Shown here piece by piece: positions 9,884-19,681 of a DNA stretch of 64,000 bases. The position numbers and the translations under genes were made by a program. Every line of letters begins with the position of its first letter. Position 1 is the first letter of the stretch. The notes under the pieces were generated by a model. That model was not told the origin of the DNA, did not search any database, and saw only the letters and a list, made by a program, of their open reading frames with translations. The DNA comes from an uncultured Gemmatimonadales bacterium (lineage in GTDB: Bacteria; Gemmatimonadota; Gemmatimonadetes; Longimicrobiales; RSA9), in NCBI GenBank assembly GCA_963741945.1, contig CAVUKA010000001.1, forward strand, positions 672,001 through 736,000, read 5' to 3'.

Positions 9884-10765
9884 CTACGTCCCCGCCGTTT
9901 CCTCGCGCTCCGCCAGGTACCGCGCGAGCCCGTCGCGCCACGACGGCAGCGGCCCGATGCGGTCGCTGGTCCGGCCGGTGTGCAGCACGCTGAAGCGGGG
10001 GCGGCGGGCGGTGGCGGGATAGCGGTCGCTTGTGACCGGCTGCACTTCCGCTTCGATCCCCGCCCGCGCGACGATCTCCACGGCGAACTGGTACCAGCTG
10101 GCGCTGCCCTCGTTGGTGGCGTGCCAGGTGTCGGCGGGGGCGTCGTCGTCCAGAAGGGCGACGATGGCGGCGGCGAGGTCCGGGGCGTAGGTCGGGGCCA
10201 TGACGGTGTCGCTGACCACTTGCAGCCGGTCCCGCTCACGGCCGAGCCGGAGCATGGTCTCGACGAAGTTGCCACCGCCATCCCGGGCGCCGGCGACGCC
10301 GAACACGGACGACGTCCGGACCACCAGCGTGCCGTCGGGGTGCGCCCGTCGCGCCAGCGCCTCGCCGGCGAGCTTCGACGCGCCGTAGACGTTGATCGGC
10401 GCCGGCGGGTCGTCGGGCAGGTACGGCCCCTCGCTTTCGCCGTCGAAGACGTAGTCGGTGCTCACCTGCACCAGCCGGGCGCCGCGCGTCGCGCACGCTT
10501 TCGCCACCTGCTCGACCGCGTACGCGTTCACCCGGAAGGCCGCCTCCGCGTCCGACTCCGCCGCGTCCACGCCCGTGTACGCCGCGCTGTTGACGCACGC
10601 GGAGAACTCGAGCCGCTCGAGGACGTCCCGGACCGAGGCGGTGTCGAACAGGTCCAGGTCGTCGCGCGTCAGGCCGGCCACCGCCCACCCCGCCGCTTCC
10701 GCCGCGCGCACCACCTCGGTGCCCAGCTGACCGCCCGCCCCCAGCACCAGCATCGTGTGACCCAT
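9884..10765 (-). CDS. rfbD: dTDP-4-dehydrorhamnose reductase
   Basis: GAGGQLG, AAYTGVDAAE, STDYVFDG, YGASKLAGE, ARRPRFSVL. Confidence 0.95.
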   Translation of the reverse strand: MGHTMLVLGAGGQLGTEVVRAAEAAGWAVAGLTRDDLDLFDTASVRDVLERLEFSACVNSAAYTGVDAAESDAEAAFRVNAYAVEQVAKACATRGARLVQVSTDYVFDGESEGPYLPDDPPAPINVYGASKLAGEALARRAHPDGTLVVRTSSVFGVAGARDGGGNFVETMLRLGRERDRLQVVSDTVMAPTYAPDLAAAIVALLDDDAPADTWHATNEGSASWYQFAVEIVARAGIEAEVQPVTSDRYPATARRPRFSVLHTGRTSDRIGPLPSWRDGLARYLAEREETAGT

Positions 10766-10802
10766 CGGCGTTTCCAGGTTGTGAAGGTTCGAAGGCGGAC
10801 AC

Positions 10803-10950
10803 CGTGACACGAAGGGCTCGAAGGGGGCACGAAGAACGCGAAGGGGGCGTAACGCGCGAGCCGGCCATCACGGCCGGCGGGTCACCGTAGAAAGAAAATG
10901 GAATTTCCTTCGACCCCTTCGTGCCCCCCCTTCGAGCCCTTCGTGTCACG
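10803..10950. repeat. MITE/REP-like element, copy 1, with ~32-bp terminal inverted repeats
   Basis: CGTGACACGAAGGGCTCGAAGGGGGCACGAAG ... CTTCGTGCCCCCCCTTCGAGCCCTTCGTGTCACG. Confidence 0.8.
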
Positions 10951-10975
10951 CCGTTCGAATTGCGCGCGCTTCCCC

Positions 10976-11710
10976 CTACTTCGATCCTCCCAGCTCCTTC
11001 GCCTCCGCGCTCTCCGGGTACTGCGTCCGCAGCTTCTGCAGCACGTCCGCCCGCTCGTCGCTGTACTCCAGGATCTCGTAGATCTTGGCGAGCCGACCGA
11101 GCGCCTTCGGCGCGTGCTCCGTCTGCGGGTACTGCTCGGCCACGGCCTCGAAGTAGATGATGGCGCTGTCGTAGGCGCGACGGCGGTAGTACCAGTCACC
11201 GCCCTCGAACAGCTTCGTCGCCAGCTTCTCGCGCATCTCCGCGATGATCCGGCGTGCCTCGTCGGCGTGGCTGCTGTCGGGGAAGTAGCTGAGCAGCGCC
11301 TGGCAGTGGTCGATGGCGGCGCGCGTGTACTCCTGGTCCAGCTGCGGGTCGGGCGACAGCTCCTCATAGGCGCGGCACGCCATGAAGCGGGCGTCGTCGG
11401 CCAGGTCGGTGCGGCCCAGGTCGGCGGCCAGGCGCGTGAACTCGCCCGCCGCGCTGACGTACTGGTGGTCCTGGAAGTACGCCTGCCCCACGTAGTACCG
11501 CGCCTGGTGCACCCGCGGGTCCGTGCCGCCCACGGTGGTGTAGCGGCCGAAGTACTGGATCGCCTTGTCCCAGTGCTCCGCGTTGTACGCGTCCACGCCC
11601 TTCAGCCACAGGTCCTCGGGCGTCATCTGCGTGATCGGCGGCGCCTTGGGCCCGCACGCGCCGCCCACCGTGGCGACCAGCGCCAGGAGCGCCACGGCCA
11701 CAGGCCTCAT
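10976..11710 (-). CDS. bamD: Outer membrane protein assembly factor BamD (TPR lipoprotein)
   Basis: Lipobox GGAC; PQLDQEYTRAA, YFPDS, WYYRRRAYDSAIIYF and YPQT patterns. Confidence 0.85.
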   Translation of the reverse strand: MRPVAVALLALVATVGGACGPKAPPITQMTPEDLWLKGVDAYNAEHWDKAIQYFGRYTTVGGTDPRVHQARYYVGQAYFQDHQYVSAAGEFTRLAADLGRTDLADDARFMACRAYEELSPDPQLDQEYTRAAIDHCQALLSYFPDSSHADEARRIIAEMREKLATKLFEGGDWYYRRRAYDSAIIYFEAVAEQYPQTEHAPKALGRLAKIYEILEYSDERADVLQKLRTQYPESAEAKELGGSK

Positions 11711-11733
11711 CCCCTTCAACCCTGAGCTTCTCG

Positions 11734-12984
11734 TCACGTATCCCGCTTCCGGTCGATGATGTCCAGCAGGTGCTCCGCCAGGGGGAACGCGCACGTGAAC
11801 CCGGGCGAGACCGCGTTGAGCACGTGCAGCGAGCGGTCATCCGCTTGGTACACGAAGTCGTCCACCAGGCTCCACGTCCGCGTGTCCACCAGCTGCGCCC
11901 GGATCCCGGGCCGCAGTGGCGCCCAGCGACGCGCCGGGGGCAACCCCCGCGCCAGCGTGCCCGCCTCCGCCACCAGCGCCCGGCGAGAATGCCGCCGGAT
12001 CTCCTTCACCGCAAGGCGGCGCAGCCCTGAATTATGGCGGGAAAGGAGGAGAAAGCCCAGACGCCGCGCGTTCTGCACCGCCTCGCCGGGCGGCAGGTGC
12101 CTGAAATCGTACTGCTCCTTCCCCAGCACGGGGGTGGCCGTGGGGCCGATCCAGACGTCGCCGTTCACCGCCACGGTGAAGTGCACGCCCAGGAACGGGT
12201 AGCGCAGGTCCGGCACAGGGTAGATGTGGCGGCGGATCTGCACCGGCGACTCCGCCCGCAGGTACCGTCCCTTGAACGGCAGAATGCGGTAGCCCGCCCC
12301 GAACCCGAACCAGCCGGCGACGCGGTCCGCGTACGCCCCCGCGGCGTTCACCACGTACCCCGCCGACCACGTCTCCCGCTCCGTCCTGACGACGACACCG
12401 CTGTCCGCCCCCCGGTGCGTCTCCCCGCCGGCGGCGCCGCCACGCCCGGCATTGCCATCGACGACCGGCTCGCCACGGCGCACTTCCACGCCGAGGGCGC
12501 GGGCGTCATCGGCCAGGGCGCGCACCACGGCGCCCGGGTCCACGGACGCGGTATTGGGTGAGAAGAGGGCGCGGTCGCGGACGCGCGCGGCGGGGTCCAG
12601 CTCCCGGGCCTGCGCCTCGTCCACTTCCTCCAGCTCCACGCCGTTGCCGCGGCCGCGGCGGAGCAGCTCGTCGAGTCCCGCCTGTTCGGCGTCGCTCCGG
12701 GCCACGACCAGCTTGCCGCACCGGTTGATGGGCAGCCCGCGCTCGCCGCAGTACTCGGTCATGCGACGGTTGCCCTCGCGGGCGAAGCGGGCTTTCAGCG
12801 ACCCGGCCGGGTAGTAGAGGCCGGCGTGCAGCACGCCGCTGTTGCGGCCGCTGGCGTGACGGGCGACGTCGTCCTCCTTCTCCAGCAGAACCACGCGGCG
12901 GCCGGGGTAGCGGCGGGCCGCCTCCATGGCCACGGTGACGCCGACGATCCCCCCGCCGATGACGAGGAAATCCGCCGTGGCCAT
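11734..12984 (-). CDS. lhgO: L-2-hydroxyglutarate oxidase-like FAD oxidoreductase
   Basis: GGGIVG, HASGRNSGVLHAGLYY, PFKGRY, YPVPDLRYPFLGVHFT, GIRAQL, HVLNAVSPGFT. Confidence 0.88.
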   Translation of the reverse strand: MATADFLVIGGGIVGVTVAMEAARRYPGRRVVLLEKEDDVARHASGRNSGVLHAGLYYPAGSLKARFAREGNRRMTEYCGERGLPINRCGKLVVARSDAEQAGLDELLRRGRGNGVELEEVDEAQARELDPAARVRDRALFSPNTASVDPGAVVRALADDARALGVEVRRGEPVVDGNAGRGGAAGGETHRGADSGVVVRTERETWSAGYVVNAAGAYADRVAGWFGFGAGYRILPFKGRYLRAESPVQIRRHIYPVPDLRYPFLGVHFTVAVNGDVWIGPTATPVLGKEQYDFRHLPPGEAVQNARRLGFLLLSRHNSGLRRLAVKEIRRHSRRALVAEAGTLARGLPPARRWAPLRPGIRAQLVDTRTWSLVDDFVYQADDRSLHVLNAVSPGFTCAFPLAEHLLDIIDRKRDT

Positions 12985-12985
12985 G

Positions 12986-13966
12986 CTACGGGCGCGTGGG
13001 GGGGACGGTGTCCAGCGGCGCGGGACCGAAGCGGATGGCGTCGATCCGGTCCTGCGCCCGCTGCACGAGCTGACCCGTGCGCGACGGGCTCCGCTCCAGG
13101 ACTTTCCGATACGACGCCAGCGCCTCGTCGAACTTGCCGGTGGCGTACAGCATCTCGCCTCTCTCGAACCACGCCTGGTCCAGCAGGTTCTCCGGCTCGC
13201 CGAGCCCGATCATCGTATCCAGGTGCTTCAGCGCCGCGTCCACGTCGCCGGCTTCGCGCGCCTGCTGCGCCAGCCGGAACGAGCAGTTCCCCGTGTGCCA
13301 GCGTGCTTCGCCCAGCCGCGAGCGCCATGCCGGATTCCGCTCCTGCTCCGCCTGCATCCGGAACGCCCGGTAGTAGTCCAGCGCCACGTCGCACCGGTTC
13401 CGGTTCTCCTCGATCAGCCCGATCTCGAACAGCACCGGCGGCGAGGAGTCGGGCGGGAGCGTGGTCAGGGCGCGCGCGTAGTAGTCCAGCGCGCGCTCGG
13501 GATCGCTCCGGTCCCGGTAATAGCGCGCCACGGGGAGCGCCGCGCCGGCAAGGCTCAGCGACGAGTCGACCGCCAGTGCCGCATCCACGGCCGACGCGGC
13601 GCCGAACTCGTCCTGGCGGCGGAGCGCCCGCCGCGCCAGCGCCAGGTAGTCGTACGCGGCCTGGGCGGCCAGCTCCGGGTGCGATGCGATCAGGTCATCA
13701 TACACCGCTTTCGCCGCGTCCAGGCGACCGGTCCGGGCGTACGCGTGCGCCAGTCGCAGGCGCGACTCCGCGTCCCCGTGCTGCGCCACGGCCAGGCGGT
13801 ACTCGGTCAGTGCCGCGTCGAAGCTGGAGTCGGCCCACAGGCGGTCGCCCCGGGCGAGCGCGCTCTCGTTGTCGCCGCAGGCGACGACGGGGGCGAGGAC
13901 GAGCAGGAGCGCGGCCAGCGCCCAACGCCGGGCGGGATCAGCGAACGTCCAGGCCATGCGCTTCAC
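12986..13966 (-). CDS. Tetratricopeptide repeat lipoprotein
   Basis: Signal/lipobox VVAC followed by TPR-like helical repeats. Confidence 0.8.
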   Translation of the reverse strand: MKRMAWTFADPARRWALAALLLVLAPVVACGDNESALARGDRLWADSSFDAALTEYRLAVAQHGDAESRLRLAHAYARTGRLDAAKAVYDDLIASHPELAAQAAYDYLALARRALRRQDEFGAASAVDAALAVDSSLSLAGAALPVARYYRDRSDPERALDYYARALTTLPPDSSPPVLFEIGLIEENRNRCDVALDYYRAFRMQAEQERNPAWRSRLGEARWHTGNCSFRLAQQAREAGDVDAALKHLDTMIGLGEPENLLDQAWFERGEMLYATGKFDEALASYRKVLERSPSRTGQLVQRAQDRIDAIRFGPAPLDTVPPTRP

Positions 13967-13978
13967 CGTCTCCGGAGC

Positions 13979-14782
13979 TCAGCCCGCGCCGCCCGCATGC
14001 TCCTCCGTGGAACGCTCCGGGTCCGGGCGCGCGACGGCGTCCGAATCGGTCGCGGCCGGGTCCGTGGCGGCCCCGGCGTCGCCCGCGTCCTCCAGCAGCT
14101 GGAAGTAGGCCCGCAGCTGCGGGTTGTCGGGGTGCAGCGCGTGGCACTCCTCCCACGCGGCGCGCGCGCCATCGCCATCCCCCATTCGCAGCAGCGCGAG
14201 TCCCAGGTTGAGGCGGGCCGGGAAGTAGTCGGGGCGGGCCCGCAGCGTGCGCTCGAGCTCGACCCTGGCCTCCTCCGCCGCGCCCAGGTCCAGCAGCGCG
14301 TCGGCCAGCTTGTTCCGGATGTCCGGGAACTCCGGCCTCAGCGCCAGGGCCAGGCGGTACTCCGCCGCGGCTTCCGCGGGGGCGTGGGCGGCGCGGTAGA
14401 GGTCGCCGACGGCGGCATGGGCATTGGCGATGCGCGCGGAAACGGAGCCGGGGAAGCGGCCGGCCGCGCGGGCTTCGGCATCGGCGGCCAGGCTGAACGC
14501 TTCGCTGGCGTCATCGAAGCGGCCCAGGTCGTTGAGCGTGATGGCGCGGTTCAGGTGCGCTTCCACGTAGTAGGGGTTGGCCGCCAGCGCCCGGTCGAAC
14601 TCCGCCAGCGCCTCCTCCGGCTCGCCCATCATGCTCAGGCACAGCCCCAGCATCTGGTGGACGTCCGCGAACTGCGGATGGCTGTCCACCACTTCGCGGA
14701 GGTCCGCCAGCGCGGCCACGTAGTCGCGCCGCTCGATGGCGCGCCTGGCCCGCTGGATCAGCGGATTCGGCCCGTTGCTCAT
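13979..14782 (-). CDS. Tetratricopeptide repeat protein
   Basis: TPR units such as HPQFADVHQMLG, NPYYVEAHLNRA and RPEFPDIRNKLA. Confidence 0.85.
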   Translation of the reverse strand: MSNGPNPLIQRARRAIERRDYVAALADLREVVDSHPQFADVHQMLGLCLSMMGEPEEALAEFDRALAANPYYVEAHLNRAITLNDLGRFDDASEAFSLAADAEARAAGRFPGSVSARIANAHAAVGDLYRAAHAPAEAAAEYRLALALRPEFPDIRNKLADALLDLGAAEEARVELERTLRARPDYFPARLNLGLALLRMGDGDGARAAWEECHALHPDNPQLRAYFQLLEDAGDAGAATDPAATDSDAVARPDPERSTEEHAGGAG

Positions 14783-14833
14783 GGCTGCAACGTAGTCGTT
14801 CCCACCGGGGCCATCAACGCCGGGCCGCCCGCG

Positions 14834-16168
14834 TCAGGCGGGGACCTTCCGATCCGTGCGGCCCACCGGCTGTCGGCCGACGCTCCAGTACTCGAAGCCA
14901 AGGCCTTTCATCTTGTCCGGGTTGAACAGGTTACGGCCATCGAAGATGACCGCGGACGTGAGCAGGTTCCGCATCCGCTCGAAATCGGGGCGGCGGTACG
15001 GCTGCCACTCGGTGAGGATGACCAACGCGTCGGCCTCGTGCAGCGCGTCGTAGTTGCTCTGCGTGAACAGGACGCGGTCCCCGAACCAGCGGCGGGCGTT
15101 GTCCATGGCCACGGGGTCATGGGCCTGGACGCGGGCGCCGCGCTGGAGCAGGCCCTCGATCACGACCACCGACGTGGCTTCCCGCATGTCGTCGGTGCCC
15201 GGCTTGAATGCCAGCCCCCACACGGCCACCGTGCGGCCGGACAGGTCGCTGCCGAAGCGCTCGGTGATGGCGTCCAGGATCAGGCGCTTCTGCCCCGCAT
15301 TGAGCGCTTCCACCGCGTCCAGGATCGCGGAGTCCACTCCCTGTTCCTGCATGGTCCGGATGAGCGCTTTCACGTCCTTCGGGAAGCAGCTGCCGCCGTA
15401 CCCCACGCCGGCGAACAGGAAGGAGGAGCCGATGCGATCATCGGTGCCCACGCCCTGGCGCACCTTGTCCACGTCGGCGCCCACGGCGGCGCACAGCCGG
15501 GAGACCATGTTCATGAAGGAGATGCGCGTGGCGAGCATGGCGTTGGCCGCGTATTTCGTGATCTCGGCCGACGCGATGTCCATGAAGATGAGCGGGTTCC
15601 CCGTCCGCACGAACGGACCGTAGAGCTCTTCCAGGGCCGACCTCGCCTCCTCCGAGTCCACGCCGATCACCACCCGGTCCGGCTTCATGAAGTCGTCGAC
15701 CGCGGCACCCTCCTTCAGGAACTCCGGATTCGAGCACACGTGCGCCCGGTGCTCCGTCTCCGCCTCGATGGCCGCGCGCACCCGGGCCGCCGTGCCCACC
15801 GGCACGGTGCTCTTCGTGATCACCACCTTCTCCGCGTTCATGTGCCGCCCGATCTCCCGGGCCACGGCCAGAACGTGCTGCAGGTCCGCGCTCCCGTCCT
15901 CCCCCTCGGGCGTGCCCACCGCGATGAAGATGATGTCCGATTCCCGCACCGCGTGTGGCAGGTCCGTGGTGAACGTGAGCCGCCCTTCCTCCAGGTTGCG
16001 ACTCACCATGGACTCGAGCCCCGGCTCGTAGATCGGGATCTCGCCCGCGCTCAGCATCGCGATCTTCCGCTCGTCGATGTCCGCACAGATCACGTCGTTC
16101 CCCATCTCCGCCAGCCCCGCGCCCACCACGAGACCCACGTAGCCAGTCCCGATAACCGATACATGCAT
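14834..16168 (-). CDS. ugd: UDP-glucose 6-dehydrogenase
   Basis: GTGYVGL, KSTVPVGT, SNPEFLKEG, GYGGSCFPKD, GLAFKPGTDDMRE. Confidence 0.93.
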   Translation of the reverse strand: MHVSVIGTGYVGLVVGAGLAEMGNDVICADIDERKIAMLSAGEIPIYEPGLESMVSRNLEEGRLTFTTDLPHAVRESDIIFIAVGTPEGEDGSADLQHVLAVAREIGRHMNAEKVVITKSTVPVGTAARVRAAIEAETEHRAHVCSNPEFLKEGAAVDDFMKPDRVVIGVDSEEARSALEELYGPFVRTGNPLIFMDIASAEITKYAANAMLATRISFMNMVSRLCAAVGADVDKVRQGVGTDDRIGSSFLFAGVGYGGSCFPKDVKALIRTMQEQGVDSAILDAVEALNAGQKRLILDAITERFGSDLSGRTVAVWGLAFKPGTDDMREATSVVVIEGLLQRGARVQAHDPVAMDNARRWFGDRVLFTQSNYDALHEADALVILTEWQPYRRPDFERMRNLLTSAVIFDGRNLFNPDKMKGLGFEYWSVGRQPVGRTDRKVPA

Positions 16169-16189
16169 GCTCTTTCCTCGCTCGTCGCG

Positions 16190-17300
16190 TTAAGCCCCGG
16201 CCACCGACTCGATCACCTCGTCCTGCTGCGATGCCGTCAGCTCGGGGTACACAGGCAAGGAAAGTACCTGCTCGCACGCCCGCTCCGAGACGGGGAAGTC
16301 GCCACGGCCGTAGCCCAGCCCCCGGAAGCACTCCTGGAGGTGCAGCGGGACGGGGTAGTAGATGCCCGCGCCGATCCCGTTCGCATCCAGCGATGCCTTC
16401 ACTGCGTCCCGGTCGTCGCAGCGGATCGTGTACTGGTTGTAGACGTGCCGGTTGCCCGGCAGCGCCACGGGCGGGTGGATGCCGGCCGCGCCCTCGAACG
16501 CGGCGTCGTAACGGGCGGCGTGGGCGCGCCGCGCCTCCGTCCAGCCCTCAAGGTACGGCAGCTTGACCCGCAGCACCGCCGCCTGGAGCGCGTCCAGGCG
16601 CGAGTTCGTGCCGACCATCTCGTGGTGATACATTCTGGCGACCTCCGTGGACCCGGAGCTTCCGGAGCCGGTCCGCCAGCACGTCATCCCGCGTGCTCAT
16701 GAGCCCGCCGTCGCCGAACCCGCCCAGGTTCTTCGTGGGGAAGAACGAGAACGCCCCCGCCGTGCCGAGGGAGCCCGCCGCGCGCCACGAGCCATCGATC
16801 TCCTGCGCCGCGTCGATCGACTGGGCCGCGTCCTCGATCACGGCCAGCCCGCGCCGCTCCGCCAGCGCCAGGATCGGCGGCATCACGGCCATCTGGCCGA
16901 ACAGGTGCACCACGACGACTGCGCGCGTGCGCGGCGTCAGCGCCGCCTCGAGAGTTTCCGCGGTGATGTTGAACGTGGCCGCGTCGATGTCGGCAAAAAC
17001 GGGGCGCAGCCCGGCGTTCCAGACCGCGCCCGCAGTGGCGAAGAACGTGAACGCCGGGACCACCACCTCGTCGCCCTGCTCGAGCTGTAGCCCCTTCAGC
17101 GCGAGCAGGATGGCGTCCGTGCCGCTGGCGCAGCCCACGGCGTGGGGCACGCCGAGCCGTGCGGCCAGCTCCGCCTCCAACCGCTCCACCGGCTCGCCCA
17201 GGATGAAGCGCTGGGACCGGACCACGCTCGCGACCGCCGCGTCCAGCTCCCCTGAAATCGTCTCGTACTGCGCCTGCAGGTCCAGCAATGGAACGCTCAC
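16190..17300 (-). CDS. DegT/DnrJ/EryC1/StrS aminotransferase; +1 frameshift near 16634
   Basis: SGTDA, FTFFATAG, EDAAQS and FSFFPTKNLG; continues as MYHHEMVGTNSRLDALQAA in a second frame. Confidence 0.9.
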
Positions 17301-17440
17301 CGGCACCTCGTATGGTTGGACATCCATGTATGCATTTGACTGGTTGCTCGCCGTGGCACCACGTTGTCACCCTTCCCGGACCCGGTCATCACCCGTTCGG
17401 GACAGGAGCAACATCGAAAACCCGGTCCGGGGTGATTCTA

Positions 17441-18430
17441 ATGCCCGAACACGTCCTCGTGACAGGAGCAGCCGGCTTCATCGGCAGCCTTCTCACCGAG
17501 CGCCTCCTCGACCAGGGGCACCGCGTCATCGGCGTGGACAACTTCGACCCGTTCTACTCGCCCGCCGAAAAGCGCGAGAACCTCCACCGGGCGCTGGCGC
17601 ACCCCGCGTTCACGCTGCTCGAGCAGGACTGCGCGGAGCTGGACGCGCTCGATGCCGCGCTGGCGGACGAGGAGGTGGACGTGGTCATCCACCTGGCGGC
17701 GAAAGCGGGGGTGCGTCCTTCCATCGCCGACCCCATGGCCTACGCTCGGGCGAACCTCACCGCCACGCAGGCCATCCTCGAGCTCATGCGGCGCCGCGGC
17801 GCCTCACGCCTGCTCTTCGGCGGCTCCTCCTCCGTCTACGGCAACAACGAGAAGGTCCCGTTCTCCGAGGACGACCCCGTCGAGCGCCCGATCTCGCCAT
17901 ACGCCGCCACCAAGCGAGCGGGCGAGCTGCTCTGCCACGCATACCACCACCTGCACGGGATCGGCGTCCTCTCGCTCCGCTTCTTCACCGTCTACGGCCC
18001 GCGCCAGCGCCCCGACCTCGCCATCCGCAAGTTCGCCACCCGCATGTTGCGCGGCGAGACCATCCCCGTGTTCGGCGATGGCACCACCGAACGCGACTAC
18101 ACCTGGGCCGACGACATCCTGGCTGGCGTGGTCGCGGCCATGGCGCGCACACGCTCAAACCCGGGGGAGTTCGAGATCATCAACCTCGGCGAGAGCCGCA
18201 CCACCGAGCTGCGCCGGCTCATCGAGCTCATCGCCGCGGCCGTGGGCGTGGAGCCCAGGATCGAGCACCTCCCCATGCAGCCCGGCGACGTCCGTCGTAC
18301 GTTCGCCGACGTGAGCAAGGCCCGGAAGCTGCTCGGCTACACCCCCTCCATGACCGTGGAGGAAGGGATCCCGCGGTTCGTGGCGTGGCTGAAGGAGCAC
18401 CGCGAGTCCCGTGTGGGGCTCGGCTCGTGA
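17441..18430 (+). CDS. NAD-dependent epimerase, UDP-glucuronate 4-epimerase-like
   Basis: TGAAGFIG, HLAAKAGVRPS, SSSVYG, PYAATK, RFFTVYGPRQRPDLA. Confidence 0.9.
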   Translation: MPEHVLVTGAAGFIGSLLTERLLDQGHRVIGVDNFDPFYSPAEKRENLHRALAHPAFTLLEQDCAELDALDAALADEEVDVVIHLAAKAGVRPSIADPMAYARANLTATQAILELMRRRGASRLLFGGSSSVYGNNEKVPFSEDDPVERPISPYAATKRAGELLCHAYHHLHGIGVLSLRFFTVYGPRQRPDLAIRKFATRMLRGETIPVFGDGTTERDYTWADDILAGVVAAMARTRSNPGEFEIINLGESRTTELRRLIELIAAAVGVEPRIEHLPMQPGDVRRTFADVSKARKLLGYTPSMTVEEGIPRFVAWLKEHRESRVGLGS

Positions 18431-18470
18431 GCTGGAAGGCCACGGAGGACGGCGGAGACGCGGAGAAACG

Positions 18471-18613
18471 CGTGACACGAAGGACACGAAGCTCCGGAGG
18501 GGTCGAAGAACGGCGTCTCCCGCGGAGTCGCGGAGAGCGCCGGGGGAGCCGGCCTTCCGCGGGCGACCCCCGCCCCTTCGTGCCCTTCGAACCTTCGACC
18601 GCTTCGTGTCACG
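18471..18613. repeat. MITE/REP-like element, copy 2, same 12-bp termini as 10803-10950
   Basis: CGTGACACGAAG at 18471 and CTTCGTGTCACG ending at 18613; internal ~9-bp periodic CGAAG/CTTCG. Confidence 0.75.
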
Positions 18614-18681
18614 CCGTCCTTCCTGCCCTTCACCCTCTTCGTCTCTCCACCCCCACGACCTTGAAACACGGATAACCAGCC

Positions 18682-19644
18682 ATGCGCGTACTGATCACCG
18701 GGGCCGCCGGCTTCCTCGGCTCCCACCTCTCCGACCGGTTCATCGCCGAAGGCCACGTGGTCATCGGGATGGACAATTTCATCACGGGCCATCCCGACAA
18801 CATCGGCCACCTGTTCGGGCACCCACACTTCTCATTCGTCGAGTACAACGTGGTGGACTACATCCACGTGACCGGCGAGCTGGACGGGGTGCTCCACTTC
18901 GCCAGCCCGGCCAGCCCGGTGGACTATCTGGAGATGCCGATCCCCACACTGAAAGTGGGCAGCCTGGGCACGCACAAGACGCTCGGCCTGGCCAAGGCCA
19001 AGAATGCCCGCTATCTCCTCGCCTCCACCTCCGAGGTCTACGGCGACCCCAAGCTCCACCCCCAGACCGAGGCCTACTGGGGCAACGTGAACCCGATCGG
19101 GCCCCGCGGCGTGTACGATGAGGCCAAGCGCTTCGCCGAGGCCATGACCATGGCCTACCACCGGTTCCACGGCATCGACACCCGCATCATCCGCATCTTC
19201 AACACTTACGGCCCCCGCATGCGGCCGGGCGATGGGCGGGTCGTCTCGAACTTCATCGTACAGGCGCTCCGCGGTGAGCCGCTCACCGTCTACGGCGATG
19301 GCTCCCAGACCCGCTCATTCTGCTATGTCGACGACGAAGTCGACGGCATCTACCGGCTCTTCATGTCCGACGAGACCGGGCCCGTCAATATCGGCAATCC
19401 CGGTGAGTTCACGATCATGGAGCTGGCCGAGAAGGTGATCGCGCTGACCGGCAGCTCTTCCACCATCGAGCACCTTCCCCTCCCCGAGGACGATCCGGCC
19501 GTCCGGCGCCCCGACATCACCCTCGCCCGGGCGCGGCTCGGCTGGGAGCCGAGGGTGGACCTCGCCGAAGGCCTTCGCCACACCATCCCCCACTTCCGCG
19601 CGCTGGTGGAGGAGAAGGGCGCCACGGCCCGGGTCCTCGAGTAG
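18682..19644 (+). CDS. UDP-glucuronic acid decarboxylase (UDP-xylose synthase) family
   Basis: [46 protein letters not shown]. Confidence 0.92.
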   Translation: MRVLITGAAGFLGSHLSDRFIAEGHVVIGMDNFITGHPDNIGHLFGHPHFSFVEYNVVDYIHVTGELDGVLHFASPASPVDYLEMPIPTLKVGSLGTHKTLGLAKAKNARYLLASTSEVYGDPKLHPQTEAYWGNVNPIGPRGVYDEAKRFAEAMTMAYHRFHGIDTRIIRIFNTYGPRMRPGDGRVVSNFIVQALRGEPLTVYGDGSQTRSFCYVDDEVDGIYRLFMSDETGPVNIGNPGEFTIMELAEKVIALTGSSSTIEHLPLPEDDPAVRRPDITLARARLGWEPRVDLAEGLRHTIPHFRALVEEKGATARVLE

Positions 19645-19681
19645 GAGTTGACGGCCCGGGTGCAGCGCCCTCGGCTCTCCG

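Noticed and set aside
12926-16702. Very long + strand ORFs (also 1675-4374, 37252-40548, 47748-51662)
   Set aside because: Antisense shadows of well-supported genes; stop codons are rare at this GC content and no motifs are recognisable.
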